A stretch of 63,132 nucleotides of DNA, filler included. It is 7 parts of 7 records of this genome, joined end to end, with 100 filler letters (N's around TTAATTAATTAA, not from the genome) between each part and the next. Parts side by side here need not be neighbours in the genome. Positions count along the whole stretch, not along the records: positions 1 to 7,177 come from SRR31147125_6410; positions 7,278 to 16,487 come from SRR31147125_6417; 5 more parts are not named here. The stretch is one strand, 5' to 3'. Under the pieces are notes generated by a model. That model was not told the origin of the DNA and made no database searches. It worked only from the letters and a program-made list of their open reading frames with translations. The stretch's first letter is position 1. The number at the start of each line of letters is the position of its first letter. Positions 1 to 10,054 of the stretch are shown here, piece after piece. The position numbers were made by a program, and so were the translations under genes.

Positions 1-112
1 CAGGGTCAATAATTTCAATAACTTACCTTTCTCGTATATCTTGATGTTAAAAAATTGTCCGAACCGTTGTAACCGGCATTCAAATAAAATAAAAATTAAA
101 GAGGGGGACACC

Positions 113-1140
113 ATGATTCAAGTCGTAAGTTTAGAGGAGGCCGTCGGCCATCCACTGGCACATGACATTACTGAAATTCGCGCCGGAGAATTCAAGGGGC
201 CGGCCTTCCACAGAGGACATACCCTTACCTGTCGGGATCTGGATCATTTGAGGCGTCTTGGTAAAAATCACCTGTATATCATCGCTCCGGAAGAGGGGGA
301 ACTCCATGAAGACGAAGCGGCTGAGCGCATCGCCAATGCGCTTTGCGGAGAGGGTGTCGGCTGGAGTGAAGCACCCAGGGAAGGGAAGATCGAAATCAAT
401 GCCACCCAGGATGGTCTTCTCAAAGTGAATGTGGATGTTCTCAACCAATTCAACCTATTCGGAGATGTGATGTGCGCCACCAGACACACCAACTCCATCG
501 TCAAAAAAGGCCAGCAGGTGGCGGGGACCCGGGCCATTCCGCTGTTAATTCCGACATCCATCGTGGATGCGGCAGTGGGGGTGGCCGCCGGTGCGGATAT
601 ACCGGTCCTTCAGGTCAAACCGATGTTCAAGGCCAAAGCGGGCGTCATGATCACGGGAACCGAAGTCTACTCCGGCCGAATCGAAGACAAATTCGAGCCC
701 ATTATCCGGAAAAAGTAAATGCCCTGGGCGGTGAAGTGCTGGATGTGGTGTTTCTCCCCGACGATGATACCATGATCGCCGAAGCGGCCGTGAAAATGGT
801 GGAAGCAGGCGCCAATGTACTGATCACCACCGGCGGCATGTCCGTGGATCCAGATGATCGTACGCGATTTGCTCTGAAACAGGCCGGTGCCACCAATCTA
901 CTCTACGGATCGCCCGTATTGCCGGGAGCCATGTTGATGGTCGCCAATCTCCAAAACGTTCCGGTTCTGGGCATCCCGGCGTGCGGACTATTTGCCGATA
1001 CCACCATGTTCGACCTGATGTACCCCAGAATTCTGGCCGAAGATAAAATTACCCGGGCCGACATTGCCGCCACCGGACATGGAGGACTCTGCCTGAAATG
1101 CAGACACTGCACCTATCCCAACTGCTCATTTGGAAAATAG
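113..1140 (+). CDS. Molybdopterin-binding (MoeA/MogA-like MoCF domain) protein with C-terminal Cys cluster; frameshift at A-run ~710
   Basis: ORF 41..718 (ATG 113 after GAGGGGG) joins ORF 472..1140 at the A-run; motifs ITGTEVYSGRIEDKF, TGGMSVDPDD, PVLPG; ends CLKCRHCTYPNCSFGK. Confidence 0.8.
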
Positions 1141-1308
1141 GGGCCTCTGTGGTAGAAATCTTCGTCGACAATTGGGGCATCCGTTACACGTTCCGAAACC
1201 AAGCTTTGTTTCTCAGGGACTATCCCCAAAAAAGTGTAAACGACTTTTTGAAAATTATGATGCCGAAAATTGTACATTTTTTGATAAATCACCTGACGGA
1301 GAAAAGTT

Positions 1309-2547
1309 ATGATAAAATGGTTGTCCATCGGCTTTGAGGAAGCACTTCAAATCACTCTAGATACCATCTCGCCCCTTGGGATGGAACCCCTTCCGGTTTC
1401 GGAATCCACCGGTCGTGTTGCAGCTGAAAATCTGACGGCAACAGTGGATTCCCCATCCATCGATGCCTCTCTCAAAGACGGCTATGCCGTCAGATCCGAA
1501 GATGTGGCACGGGCGACGGCAGAACAACCGGCACGTCTCCAATTATCCGGGACTGCAGCAGCCGGAGCAGATGTGAAACTGACGCTGACACCCGATCGAG
1601 CCATCCGGGTCCTGACCGGTGCACAGATCCCCGAAGGGGCGGATGCTGTTCTTGCTGAAGAGTTTACCGACATCGAAAGAACCGATGAAGAAAATGCCCC
1701 CCCTATTGTTCTTGCCAAAAACACGGCAGAGCCCGGGAGAAACATCATGCCCAAAGCGACGGATGTGGCCGAGGGCAGCACCATCGTCAAAGCCGGGGAA
1801 GGGATCTCTCCCGGAATGGCAGGACTTCTGGCGGCTGCCGGAGTGAGTGAGGTGGCCGTCTTCAAACGGCCCCGAATTGCCATTGTGGCAACGGGAGATG
1901 AGATTGTGGTTCCCGGAGAGCCCCTGCCCAAAGGAAAGCTCTATGCCAGTAATATGGTGACGTTGAGTTCATTTTGTCGTCAGTTCGGCATGGAGACAAA
2001 GATGTACACGGCCAAAGATGAATTCGATGCCATTTTGAACACACTTGAAACCGCATTGTGTCATGCCGATGCCCTCCTCACCAGTGGCGGTGCTTGGACC
2101 GGAGATCGGGATCTGGTGGTCAAGGTGCTTGAAAAAATGGGATGGATTCAGAAATTTCATCGGATCCGTATCGGGCCGGGTAAGGCGGTGGGATTCGGGA
2201 TGTTCAAAGAAAAATCGATTTTCATTCTTCCGGGAGGACCGCCATCCAACCTCATGGGATTTCTTCAAATTGCACTGCCTGGCTTGCGAAGATTATCCGG
2301 GGAGCCCAAGCCGGCGCTTCGTGTGAAGCGCATCCCCTTGGCCTCGGATATCAAAGGACGGGACAAGGAGTGGACCCAATTCATCTTCGGTCGGGTCAAT
2401 CTCGATGATGAAGAGCCCAAATTCATAGCCTTGAAACAGAAAGGACGACTCCAATCCATGGCGGAAGCCAATGCCGTTGCAGCCATTCCGGAAGGGAAAA
2501 CCATTCTCTCCAAAGGAACCGTAGTACCGATCCAACTGCTATGTTGA
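1309..2547 (+). CDS. moeA: Molybdopterin molybdotransferase MoeA
   Basis: SLKDGYAVRSED, TGAQIPEGADAV, ATGDEIV, TSGGAWTGDRD, PGKAV, LPGGP motifs. Confidence 0.92.
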   Translation: MIKWLSIGFEEALQITLDTISPLGMEPLPVSESTGRVAAENLTATVDSPSIDASLKDGYAVRSEDVARATAEQPARLQLSGTAAAGADVKLTLTPDRAIRVLTGAQIPEGADAVLAEEFTDIERTDEENAPPIVLAKNTAEPGRNIMPKATDVAEGSTIVKAGEGISPGMAGLLAAAGVSEVAVFKRPRIAIVATGDEIVVPGEPLPKGKLYASNMVTLSSFCRQFGMETKMYTAKDEFDAILNTLETALCHADALLTSGGAWTGDRDLVVKVLEKMGWIQKFHRIRIGPGKAVGFGMFKEKSIFILPGGPPSNLMGFLQIALPGLRRLSGEPKPALRVKRIPLASDIKGRDKEWTQFIFGRVNLDDEEPKFIALKQKGRLQSMAEANAVAAIPEGKTILSKGTVVPIQLLC

Positions 2548-2563
2548 AAAATGGAATATTGCT

Positions 2564-3716
2564 ATGAAACCAAATACCAACAAACTCGTTGATCTACATC
2601 AAAGAGGCGTGACCTATCTTCGACTCTCCGTAACCGATCGATGCAATTTGAACTGTTGCTACTGTGCCCCTTCCAGACCGGCACTGGTGAAAAAAAGGAT
2701 CTGCTCTCATTTGATGAGATGGTTCGGGTGTCGAAAATTGCCGTGGATCTCGGCATTCGTAAAATCAGACTCACCGGGGGGAACCTTTATGCAGGCCCGA
2801 GATCGTCACGCTTACGGAAACGCTGTCCGCCCTTGACGGCATCGACGATATTTCTCTTACAACCAACGGCATCACTCTTGACCAGCATGCCGAGTCTCTC
2901 AAAAAAGCCGGTATGAATCGCATCAATATCAGTCTCGACACCCTGAATCGTGACAAGTTCAGACAGATCACCGGTGTGGATGGATTTGACAAGGTGTGGA
3001 ACGGAATCATGGCGGCCATGGATGCAGGGTTTTCCCCTATCAAAATCAACACCGTGGTGATGAAAGGTGTCAATGACGATGAAATCGAGTCGCTGGCGGC
3101 GCTATCCCTCAACTATCCCTTTCATGTCCGGTTTATCGAGTACATGCCCATCGGTGCCTGCGCAAAAGGGGCGGGAGACTTTTTTCTTCAGGTGGATGAA
3201 ATTAAACATCGGATATCCAATCTCGGATCGCTTCATCCGGTGACATCCGGACAATTGGACGGCCCGGCTGTCCGTTATCGCATAGACCCCGAACATGGGG
3301 GGAACTCCCAGGATGAGTCAAATAATGGAATCTCTTTGAAAGGGTCACTTGAGGAAATCTCTCTGGAAGAATCACCCCATAAGAGCCCGTTTGACCATTC
3401 AGGCTTGAATCATTCCAAGGCGGAATTTACACCGGAAAAAGCTGAAGGAAGAGGGGAAATCGGCGTCATCGGCTCCATGAGTCAACACTTTTGCGCCACC
3501 TGTAACCGAATGCGCCTCACTTCCAACGGATTTTTACGCCCCTGTCTTTTGTCCGACACCCAGGTGGATCTCATGGGCACGTTAAGAGGCGGCACGTCCG
3601 ATCAACAGATTCAACAACTTTTCATCAAAGCCCTTCATTTGAAGAAAAACGCCCATCGTCTTACCTTTCTGGAAGAGGATCGGCTGAGGACTCAAATGGC
3701 AAGTATCGGCGGATAA
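2564..3716 (+). CDS. moaA: GTP 3',8-cyclase MoaA (radical SAM); two homopolymer frameshifts (~2690 A-run, ~2780 G-run)
   Basis: YLRLSVTDRCNLNCCYC, RLTGG(EP), LTTNG, NISLDTL, RFIEYMP, FCATCNRMRLT..PCL and C-terminal IGG, spread over three frames. Confidence 0.9.
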
Positions 3717-3770
3717 TGTCAATAGCGGATGTATAAGTACCAAAGCAAATGCTCACCAAGGGGAATGCGA

Positions 3771-4439
3771 ATGAATACGGATCGAAAAATTGACTGCAGC
3801 GCGGTGATTGTCTCCGGAGGGCTCAACTCACGGATGGGTGGGAGAAACAAAGCCTTTCTGCAAATTGGAGAACACCCCATCCTCTCAAGGCTGCTAAACA
3901 CCCTTGAGCCGGTTTTTGAAGACATCTTACTGGTGACACGCAATCCGGAGTTTTACGCAGGATATCCAATTCGCATTGTCACCGATATTTTTGAAGATCG
4001 ATCATCCCTCACGGGGATCCATTCCGGTCTCACCCATGCGGTCAACGAGAATGCGTTTATTGTACCCTGTGATGCCCCTTTTATTCAACCGGATGTGGTC
4101 AGACTGCTTCTGGATGAAATGAAACCGGAAAACGATATTGTCATTCCCCATCATGACGGATACTACGAGCCGCTTTGTGCCATTTACTCCAAACGGTGTC
4201 TAGCACAAATCGAAAGTCAGCTTACGGAAAAAAACTATCGAATTTTCGATTTTTTTGACGATATGGATATCAAACGGATTTCCAGGGATAAAATTCAATC
4301 GGTGGATCCCGGACTGATCTCTTTTTTCAATGTAAACACGCCGGATGCGCTGGCCCATTCCAGACGGATGGCTGAGGAGATCGATGACGGACATTCAGCT
4401 GATTTCGGCGCTCCTATCATTGAACTCGTGGAAATCTGA
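3771..4439 (+). CDS. mobA: Molybdenum cofactor guanylyltransferase MobA
   Basis: GGLNSRMGGRNKA, PCDAPF, EPLCAIY, FFNVNTP; start chosen by spacing from the AAGGGGA RBS. Confidence 0.9.
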   Translation: MNTDRKIDCSAVIVSGGLNSRMGGRNKAFLQIGEHPILSRLLNTLEPVFEDILLVTRNPEFYAGYPIRIVTDIFEDRSSLTGIHSGLTHAVNENAFIVPCDAPFIQPDVVRLLLDEMKPENDIVIPHHDGYYEPLCAIYSKRCLAQIESQLTEKNYRIFDFFDDMDIKRISRDKIQSVDPGLISFFNVNTPDALAHSRRMAEEIDDGHSADFGAPIIELVEI

Positions 4440-4478
4440 AAAAATGATGAATGCAAAATGATGAATATTGAATGGTGA

Positions 4479-5075
4479 ATGGTTTTACAAACCATGAATA
4501 ATCTACAACATCAAACGGAGAATAAACTATTGAAAATACTTGGAATCAGTGGCAGCTTAAGAAAAGAGTCATTCAACACCAAACTTCTCCAAAATGCAAC
4601 AGCGCTTCTCCCGGAAGGATCTTCATTGGAGATTTTCGATATCTCGGGCATTCCACTCTACAACGCTGAGCTGGACGGAGACGAGCAACCCGAATCGGTC
4701 GTTGCATTGAAAAAGGCCATCGAAGCATGTGAAGCCTTACTCTTTGCTTCGCCCGAGTACAACTACAGCATCTCCGGCGTGCTGAAAAATGTCATCGATT
4801 GGGCCTCACGACCGGCCTATAAATCGGTAATGGCAGGAAAACCGACCGGAATTATCAGCACATCAGGCGGACCGCTGGGCGGTGCCAGATCACAAGCACA
4901 GCTTCGCTATGTTTTGGCTGCGACATTAACACCGGTGCTGCCGGAGAGAGAATACACGGTGCCAAATGCAGCGTTGGCATTTGATGAAAAAAATGGACGC
5001 CTGAAAGAAGCAAAGATGTCCGATAGGCTTGCCGCATATTTGGAACGATTCGTGGAGTGGGGGGCTTGGTTTTGA
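4479..5075 (+). CDS. NAD(P)H-dependent FMN reductase (SsuE/ChrR-like)
   Basis: GISGSLRKESFN, SPEYNYSISGVLKNVIDWASR, GGARSQ. Confidence 0.9.
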   Translation: MVLQTMNNLQHQTENKLLKILGISGSLRKESFNTKLLQNATALLPEGSSLEIFDISGIPLYNAELDGDEQPESVVALKKAIEACEALLFASPEYNYSISGVLKNVIDWASRPAYKSVMAGKPTGIISTSGGPLGGARSQAQLRYVLAATLTPVLPEREYTVPNAALAFDEKNGRLKEAKMSDRLAAYLERFVEWGAWF

Positions 5076-5512
5076 CTGAAACGGTTCAAAAAGATCATTT
5101 TGCAGAACATCTCGGCATAAACATCATTTCTGTCACATTGGGTCGTGCAAAAGTGGAGATGGAAATTAAACAGCGCCATTTGAATGCCTTGAATCTTGTT
5201 CATGGCGGCGCCATTTTCGGGCTTGCCGACTATGCGTTTGCTGCTGCAGCAAACTCACACGGGACTGCGGCTCTGGGAATCAATGTCAGCATTTCCTATA
5301 TGAAAGCAGCCCAAAGTGTAGGAAAACTGTATGCTGAAGCAATTGAAGTTTCAAGGAATCCAAGGCTTGGGACCTACATCATTCATGTAACGAATGATGA
5401 GGATGAAAAAATTGCCTTTCTGACAGGAACCGTTTATCGAAAAAAAGATAAAATCAAATTGTTCTTCCCCGACGAAGAAACTGTCGAAAACGGCAATGTG
5501 ATTAAAGATTAG
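5072..5512 (+). CDS. PaaI-family hotdog thioesterase
   Basis: HLNALNLVHGGAIFGLAD motif; TTG start overlaps the upstream stop (TTGA). Confidence 0.88.
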   Translation: MTETVQKDHFAEHLGINIISVTLGRAKVEMEIKQRHLNALNLVHGGAIFGLADYAFAAAANSHGTAALGINVSISYMKAAQSVGKLYAEAIEVSRNPRLGTYIIHVTNDEDEKIAFLTGTVYRKKDKIKLFFPDEETVENGNVIKD

Positions 5513-6348
5513 GCATCCTCATCTTCTTCATTTTGAACCGACGGTGGTGGGGCGGCATCGTCGTTCTCATTTTCTTTTGGTTGAGCAATAAGTCTCTCAT
5601 ATGTACCGTCGGATTTCATTTCCTCCAATACGTTCTGCCATCGGGTCGCCGTACGCATCATATTTTTTGATGCACCGATATAAAAGACAAGATCGATATC
5701 GGCAAACCCTAATTTAAATGCATTGCCATCGAATCCGCTACTTTCGATGGTATGCATCATGATCAGCTCCGCTGCATACCAGGCATCAATTCTATTTCTC
5801 AGCAGTTTTTTTATGTTGAGGGATTCTTTTCTCACCGTATCTATCCCGGTGAAATTTAAGTTCTGGAGCCGTTTCAAAGGAGGGGTTCTGAGAACCACCC
5901 CCACATTGAGTCCCCTAAAATCATCCAAAGAACTGAACATCCTCTCATCGGACTTTCTCACAAAAAAGACAAAGCGATCTTTCAGGATGGGGCCGATCCA
6001 GAGGTAGTTCTCTTCCCGCTCAGCCGTTCGTCCCAAGGGATAGATGAGCCTGTCCTCATCCTGCCGGGAAAAGACAATCGCTCTTGACCATGGGAGGGAT
6101 TCGATTTGGTAGTCATCCCCTGTTCTTTTGCATATCTCTTTTACGATGGCGCTACCAAGTCCAACCTGGGAATTTTCTGCGTGATAGGAATAGGGGGGTA
6201 ATTCTCCGGTGAGTATATGAATTGGTTCTGCTGAAACGATTTTTCCGATGAAAAAATTTGACAATATAAGAACGAAAGATACAAGAAATATTGATGCTGT
6301 AAAGGCTTTTAGCCCTCCGTTTTCAATGAAAGCTTGTCTATGGCTCAT
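5509..6348 (-). CDS. Family 3 extracellular solute-binding protein
   Basis: Hydrophobic signal segment, TGELPPYSY, LPWSRA, RTAERE..WIGP, MKSDGTY. Confidence 0.85.
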   Translation of the reverse strand: MSHRQAFIENGGLKAFTASIFLVSFVLILSNFFIGKIVSAEPIHILTGELPPYSYHAENSQVGLGSAIVKEICKRTGDDYQIESLPWSRAIVFSRQDEDRLIYPLGRTAEREENYLWIGPILKDRFVFFVRKSDERMFSSLDDFRGLNVGVVLRTPPLKRLQNLNFTGIDTVRKESLNIKKLLRNRIDAWYAAELIMMHTIESSGFDGNAFKLGFADIDLVFYIGASKNMMRTATRWQNVLEEMKSDGTYERLIAQPKENENDDAAPPPSVQNEEDEDA

Positions 6349-6445
6349 TTTTTCTTTATCTCCTAACGCGGGAATTCCGCAATTCATATACGTATGCTAA
6401 ACCGAGAAGGCTCGTCCAAGGCCATAGATTATGAACTCACTGAGT

Positions 6446-7177
6446 TTATCGTCCATCGACAATGCGTTGGTATGTACCGTCGGATTTCATCTCGTTCAGC
6501 ACGGTCTGCCATCGAATGGCCATTTCCTCCATGTTCTTTGAGAGGCCAATATAAAATATCAAATTTCTGTCTACAAGTCCTATTCTAAAATTATCCTTAT
6601 TATACCCTTCCATTTCGATGGTGTGCATCATGATCAACTCTGCTGCATACCAAGCATCGAGTCTGCTTTTCAAAAGTTTTTTGATATTCATTGATTCTTT
6701 GACAACCGTATCTATTTTTGCGAATTTTAGTTTCTGAAGTCTTTTCTGAGGAGGGGTATTGAGTGACACGCCGACTTTGAGATTCTTGAAGTCATCTATG
6801 ACACTAAACTCCCTCTCATCCGATTTCCTTACAAGAAAAACGAGACGTTCGTCCAGAATCGGACCGACCCAGAGGTATTTGTCTTCCCGCTCTGCTGTTC
6901 GGCCCAGGGGATATATTACTTTATCCGATTTCTTTTGCGACAATCCCACAGACCTTGACCACGGCAGAGACTCAATATGACATTCAACTCCCGTTCTGCT
7001 GCATATCTCTTTTACAATGGTACTGCCGATCCCCACCTGTTTCTCCCCATCGGAATAGGAATATGGCGGCAATTCTCCAGTGAGGACGTGGATGGAGGCG
7101 GCCAAGGCGAACTGGGCAGAAAACGAATAGATTACAATTAAAACAAACAATAGGGTCGGAAGTAATACTGAGAAAAA
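6446..7177 (-). CDS. Family 3 solute-binding protein, tandem paralog, 5' end possibly cut by contig end
   Basis: Same motifs as 5509..6348, with strong pairwise similarity. Confidence 0.82.
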   Translation of the reverse strand, partial: FFSVLLPTLLFVLIVIYSFSAQFALAASIHVLTGELPPYSYSDGEKQVGIGSTIVKEICSRTGVECHIESLPWSRSVGLSQKKSDKVIYPLGRTAEREDKYLWVGPILDERLVFLVRKSDEREFSVIDDFKNLKVGVSLNTPPQKRLQKLKFAKIDTVVKESMNIKKLLKSRLDAWYAAELIMMHTIEMEGYNKDNFRIGLVDRNLIFYIGLSKNMEEMAIRWQTVLNEMKSDGTYQRIVDGR

Positions 7178-7277
7178 NNNNNNNNNNNNNNNNNNNNNNN
7201 NNNNNNNNNNNNNNNNNNNNNTTAATTAATTAANNNNNNNNNNNNNNNNNNNNNNNNNNNNNNNNNNNNNNNNNNNN
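7178..7277. other. Artificial contig linker
   Basis: N-run/TTAATTAATTAA/N-run, 100 bp. Confidence 0.99.
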
Positions 7278-7825
7278 AAAAATCCTTTTTCATTGAGCCC
7301 CTTATAGTAAGCTTCGATTATTGCAGTATCTTGCCCAGCATCAGCTAGTAAAATTGCTAAAGCATAATCATCTCCGCTTGTTAAAAAAGGATGATTGCTG
7401 CGCATGTCTTTATATATATCCATAGCCTTTTCACAAAATCCCTGTACGTCTTCGCCTTCATATACGTTGGAAAGCGCATAAAGAGCAGTTGGCAGATACG
7501 TATGGTTTTTAAAGCCAACGGATTTTAATATTTTTTCGTTTTTAACCATATAGTCGAATTGTGTTTTAGGCGAACTAGAACTTGAACTTAATAAGCCGCT
7601 AAGAGTAAACTGCATTTGTCCTCTAAATGGTGAAAAAGCAGATGTAGAGCCTTTGATGTAATCTTTCATATCATGTATAGTTTCTACATTTAAATACCTA
7701 TCGTTTACGACATAAGATAAAGCAATAAGATGTTTTATAAGGTCGTGATCCCATTTAAATTCTTTTCTTAGCAGTTGGTAATGATCTATCATAATTTCAA
7801 ACTTTTCTATATCATTTTGAAGCAT
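7278..7825 (-). CDS. DUF4003-like protein, 3' truncated
   Basis: MRSNHPFLTSGDDY motif; GGAGG RBS; runs into the linker. Confidence 0.65.
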
Positions 7826-7989
7826 GTTTACCTCCAATAAATGGCCGTATTTGTTTCTTTACTCATAACAAGTATACCATTTTTATAATAAGTAGGAAAA
7901 TACTTTGCGTAAAATATTTTGAATGATGGCATTATAAAAAGAGGACACTTAAAATAAATTGCCCTTGATAATACTTATTTGGTGCAAAT

Positions 7990-8451
7990 TTAATGGTAGA
8001 TTGAGTATACGGCGTAGTTAAATAAAGCTATTATTTCTGATACGATTCTTGCTTTTGAATAAGGTTCATTTTTTGCCATATAGTTGCATATATGTTTAAA
8101 TCGACTGACGATGGATTTATAGTTTATAAGCGGAACAAATGTTATGCTGTTTTCATAAAATATTTTTTTAACTTCATCATTAAATTCAAGCATCACGGAT
8201 AATTTATCCATAAAATCTTGCGAAAATACAACTTTGTTTTGTCTATAATTTTGGCTGATTGCTTGTATTTTATAATCCACATCACAATTGATATAGTAGA
8301 GTGAACCAGCTACCAATGAGTATGTACTTCCGTTTGCTATTAGAATTCCCTGGCCAGATATAGGTTGCAAAATACAAAGTGATCCCGCCATGCTGTTGTA
8401 TTCTTGGGACACTGTATAATCGTAAGTACAGGATATAATATCGCTCATCAA
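7990..8451 (-). CDS. Stand-alone AraC-type N-terminal (cupin-like) ligand-binding domain, no HTH
   Basis: ISGQGILIANGSTYSLVAGSLYYIN beta pattern followed by a helical tail; stop after 153 aa; GAGGTG RBS. Confidence 0.55.
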   Translation of the reverse strand: MMSDIISCTYDYTVSQEYNSMAGSLCILQPISGQGILIANGSTYSLVAGSLYYINCDVDYKIQAISQNYRQNKVVFSQDFMDKLSVMLEFNDEVKKIFYENSITFVPLINYKSIVSRFKHICNYMAKNEPYSKARIVSEIIALFNYAVYSIYH

Positions 8452-8538
8452 ATCACCTCACCAAATAAATTATAGCACGAATAGACATATATGGAAAGCT
8501 GGTGCTTTTTGGATGTGAGCTTGAGTAAAGACTGGTTT

Positions 8539-9141
8539 TTAAATAGTTATATCATATTCCATGCGTTTTGCTGTTTGCCTAGCAACATCTTTATTAAATA
8601 CTGTTTCTACAATATAAAATGACATATTGATTCCTGCTGATATTCCTGCTGATGAAATTACATTACCTTGGTCAACATATTTCAGGGAGCGTACAACTTT
8701 TATATTAGGGTATTCTTTTTCCAATCTATCGATATCCATCCAATGAGTTGTTGCTTTTTTGCCATCAAGAATTCCTGCTTTAGCAAGTAAAAACGCTCCA
8801 GTACACACCGAAGCTATGATATCAACTTGTTTAGATTGGTCTTTAATCCATTTAATCACTGTATCGTTGTGTATTTCTATCTCTTCTGCACCGTATCCAC
8901 CAGGGACGATAAGTATATCGATTTTTGGTGCATTCAGAAAACTATAGTCTGGCTGTACTTTTAAACCGTTTCTTGCAAAAACCATTTCTCCTGTTTGCCC
9001 AATTGTAATAACATCAAAAGCCTTTTCGTTAGATTCTGGTTGAGCTGTGATTGAAAATACTTCAAAAGGTCCTGCAAAATCAAGAACCTCTACCTCGTTA
9101 AATAATAGTATGCCGATTTTAGTTTTAGTTTTATCTTTCAT
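8539..9141 (-). CDS. DJ-1/PfpI family protein
   Basis: EVLDFAGPFEVF, VPGGYG, SVCTGAFLLAKAGILDG..ATTHW, SAGISAG. Confidence 0.92.
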   Translation of the reverse strand: MKDKTKTKIGILLFNEVEVLDFAGPFEVFSITAQPESNEKAFDVITIGQTGEMVFARNGLKVQPDYSFLNAPKIDILIVPGGYGAEEIEIHNDTVIKWIKDQSKQVDIIASVCTGAFLLAKAGILDGKKATTHWMDIDRLEKEYPNIKVVRSLKYVDQGNVISSAGISAGINMSFYIVETVFNKDVARQTAKRMEYDITI

Positions 9142-9544
9142 CTTTTCTCTTTCTCATAAACTTTCTTGGTTCGCGAACAAATTTGTATTTTTCATATAGT
9201 TTATGAGCATCTTTGGTTGAAAGGATACCAAAACAGTCCTTTACTCGATCGTCCGATGTGGCTTGTTCTAGCATTGCTTTTCCTATACCATAAGCTCTAT
9301 GCTGGCTGTCTACAACAACATCGCAAAGCCAATACATTGTAGCGTAATCGGTGACCATTCTTAAAAAACCAACTTGCTTATCGCCTATATAGGCACCATA
9401 ACATATTGAATTCTCTATGGATTTTTCGACTGTGCTTTTTTCTCTTCCTTTTGACCAATATGTATTATCGAGCATTGTATGTATTGCATCTACATCTAAA
9501 AGAGATTTATCACAGCTTATAATAACATCTTTTATATTTTTCAT
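9131..9544 (-). CDS. GNAT N-acetyltransferase
   Basis: QVGFLRMVTD, DVVVDSQHRAYGIGK, DAHKLYEKY. Confidence 0.9.
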   Translation of the reverse strand: MKNIKDVIISCDKSLLDVDAIHTMLDNTYWSKGREKSTVEKSIENSICYGAYIGDKQVGFLRMVTDYATMYWLCDVVVDSQHRAYGIGKAMLEQATSDDRVKDCFGILSTKDAHKLYEKYKFVREPRKFMRKRKDER

Positions 9545-9609
9545 AGTGTTTCCTCCAAAAATAGAGTACCATTATTCTTTATATGATGCAAATTATGTAT
9601 ATAACAAAT

Positions 9610-9634
9610 AAAAACCCCGCAAAAGAGGTTTTTA
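9610..9634 (-). terminator. Probable intrinsic terminator after the cupin gene
   Basis: Minus strand reads AAAAACCTC-TTTTGC-GGGGTTTTT, a stem followed by a U-rich tail. Confidence 0.5.
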
Positions 9635-9657
9635 AAGTGCCAATTTAATTTTTGTTT

Positions 9658-9972
9658 TTAGATGTGAGGCGCAGGTGATTTTACTACAATAAACTCTAAA
9701 ATATCGTCGTATAGGTTTTTGATGTTCATCTTTGTATCTACAGGAATTTTGAGTACAGTTCCTTTTTTATAGTCTTTAATTTTTTGATCCCCAAGACCAA
9801 TGGATAATATTCCTCTTACAACTGTCATATATACATTGGAATTAGAAAAGTGTATGGATGGACCTTGGGACTTTTTAAAAACCATATGTATGTAATGGAT
9901 ATTTTCATCGAAAATTAATTTTTCGATTGCGGTATCATCTGTTGTTGAAAATTTATAAACTTGCTCAATCAT
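9658..9972 (-). CDS. Small cupin-domain protein
   Basis: Start MIEQVYKF after AAAGGGAG; IHMVF..HFSNSNVYMTVVRG..LEFIVVKSPAP. Confidence 0.8.
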   Translation of the reverse strand: MIEQVYKFSTTDDTAIEKLIFDENIHYIHMVFKKSQGPSIHFSNSNVYMTVVRGILSIGLGDQKIKDYKKGTVLKIPVDTKMNIKNLYDDILEFIVVKSPAPHI

Positions 9973-10021
9973 TTCTTTATGCTCCCTTTTTTCTTTATTA
10001 TAACCAATTGTTTTAGCAAGT

Positions 10022-10041
10022 AATGTTGCAAATATCACATT
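10022..10041. promoter_or_regulatory. Crp/Fnr-type operator candidate upstream of the cupin gene
   Basis: AATGTTG-CAAATA-TCACATT; 5-N6-5 geometry like the site at 11313. Confidence 0.4.
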
Positions 10042-10054
10042 TTTGGGGTGGCAA

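Noticed and set aside
1-1308. Moco riboswitch or ModE box before the cofactor genes
   Set aside because: Only a partial CGTATAT half-site; no convincing palindrome or riboswitch core.
3290-3450. Intein in MoaA
   Set aside because: Too short, and it lacks C/S start and HN-C/S/T end motifs.
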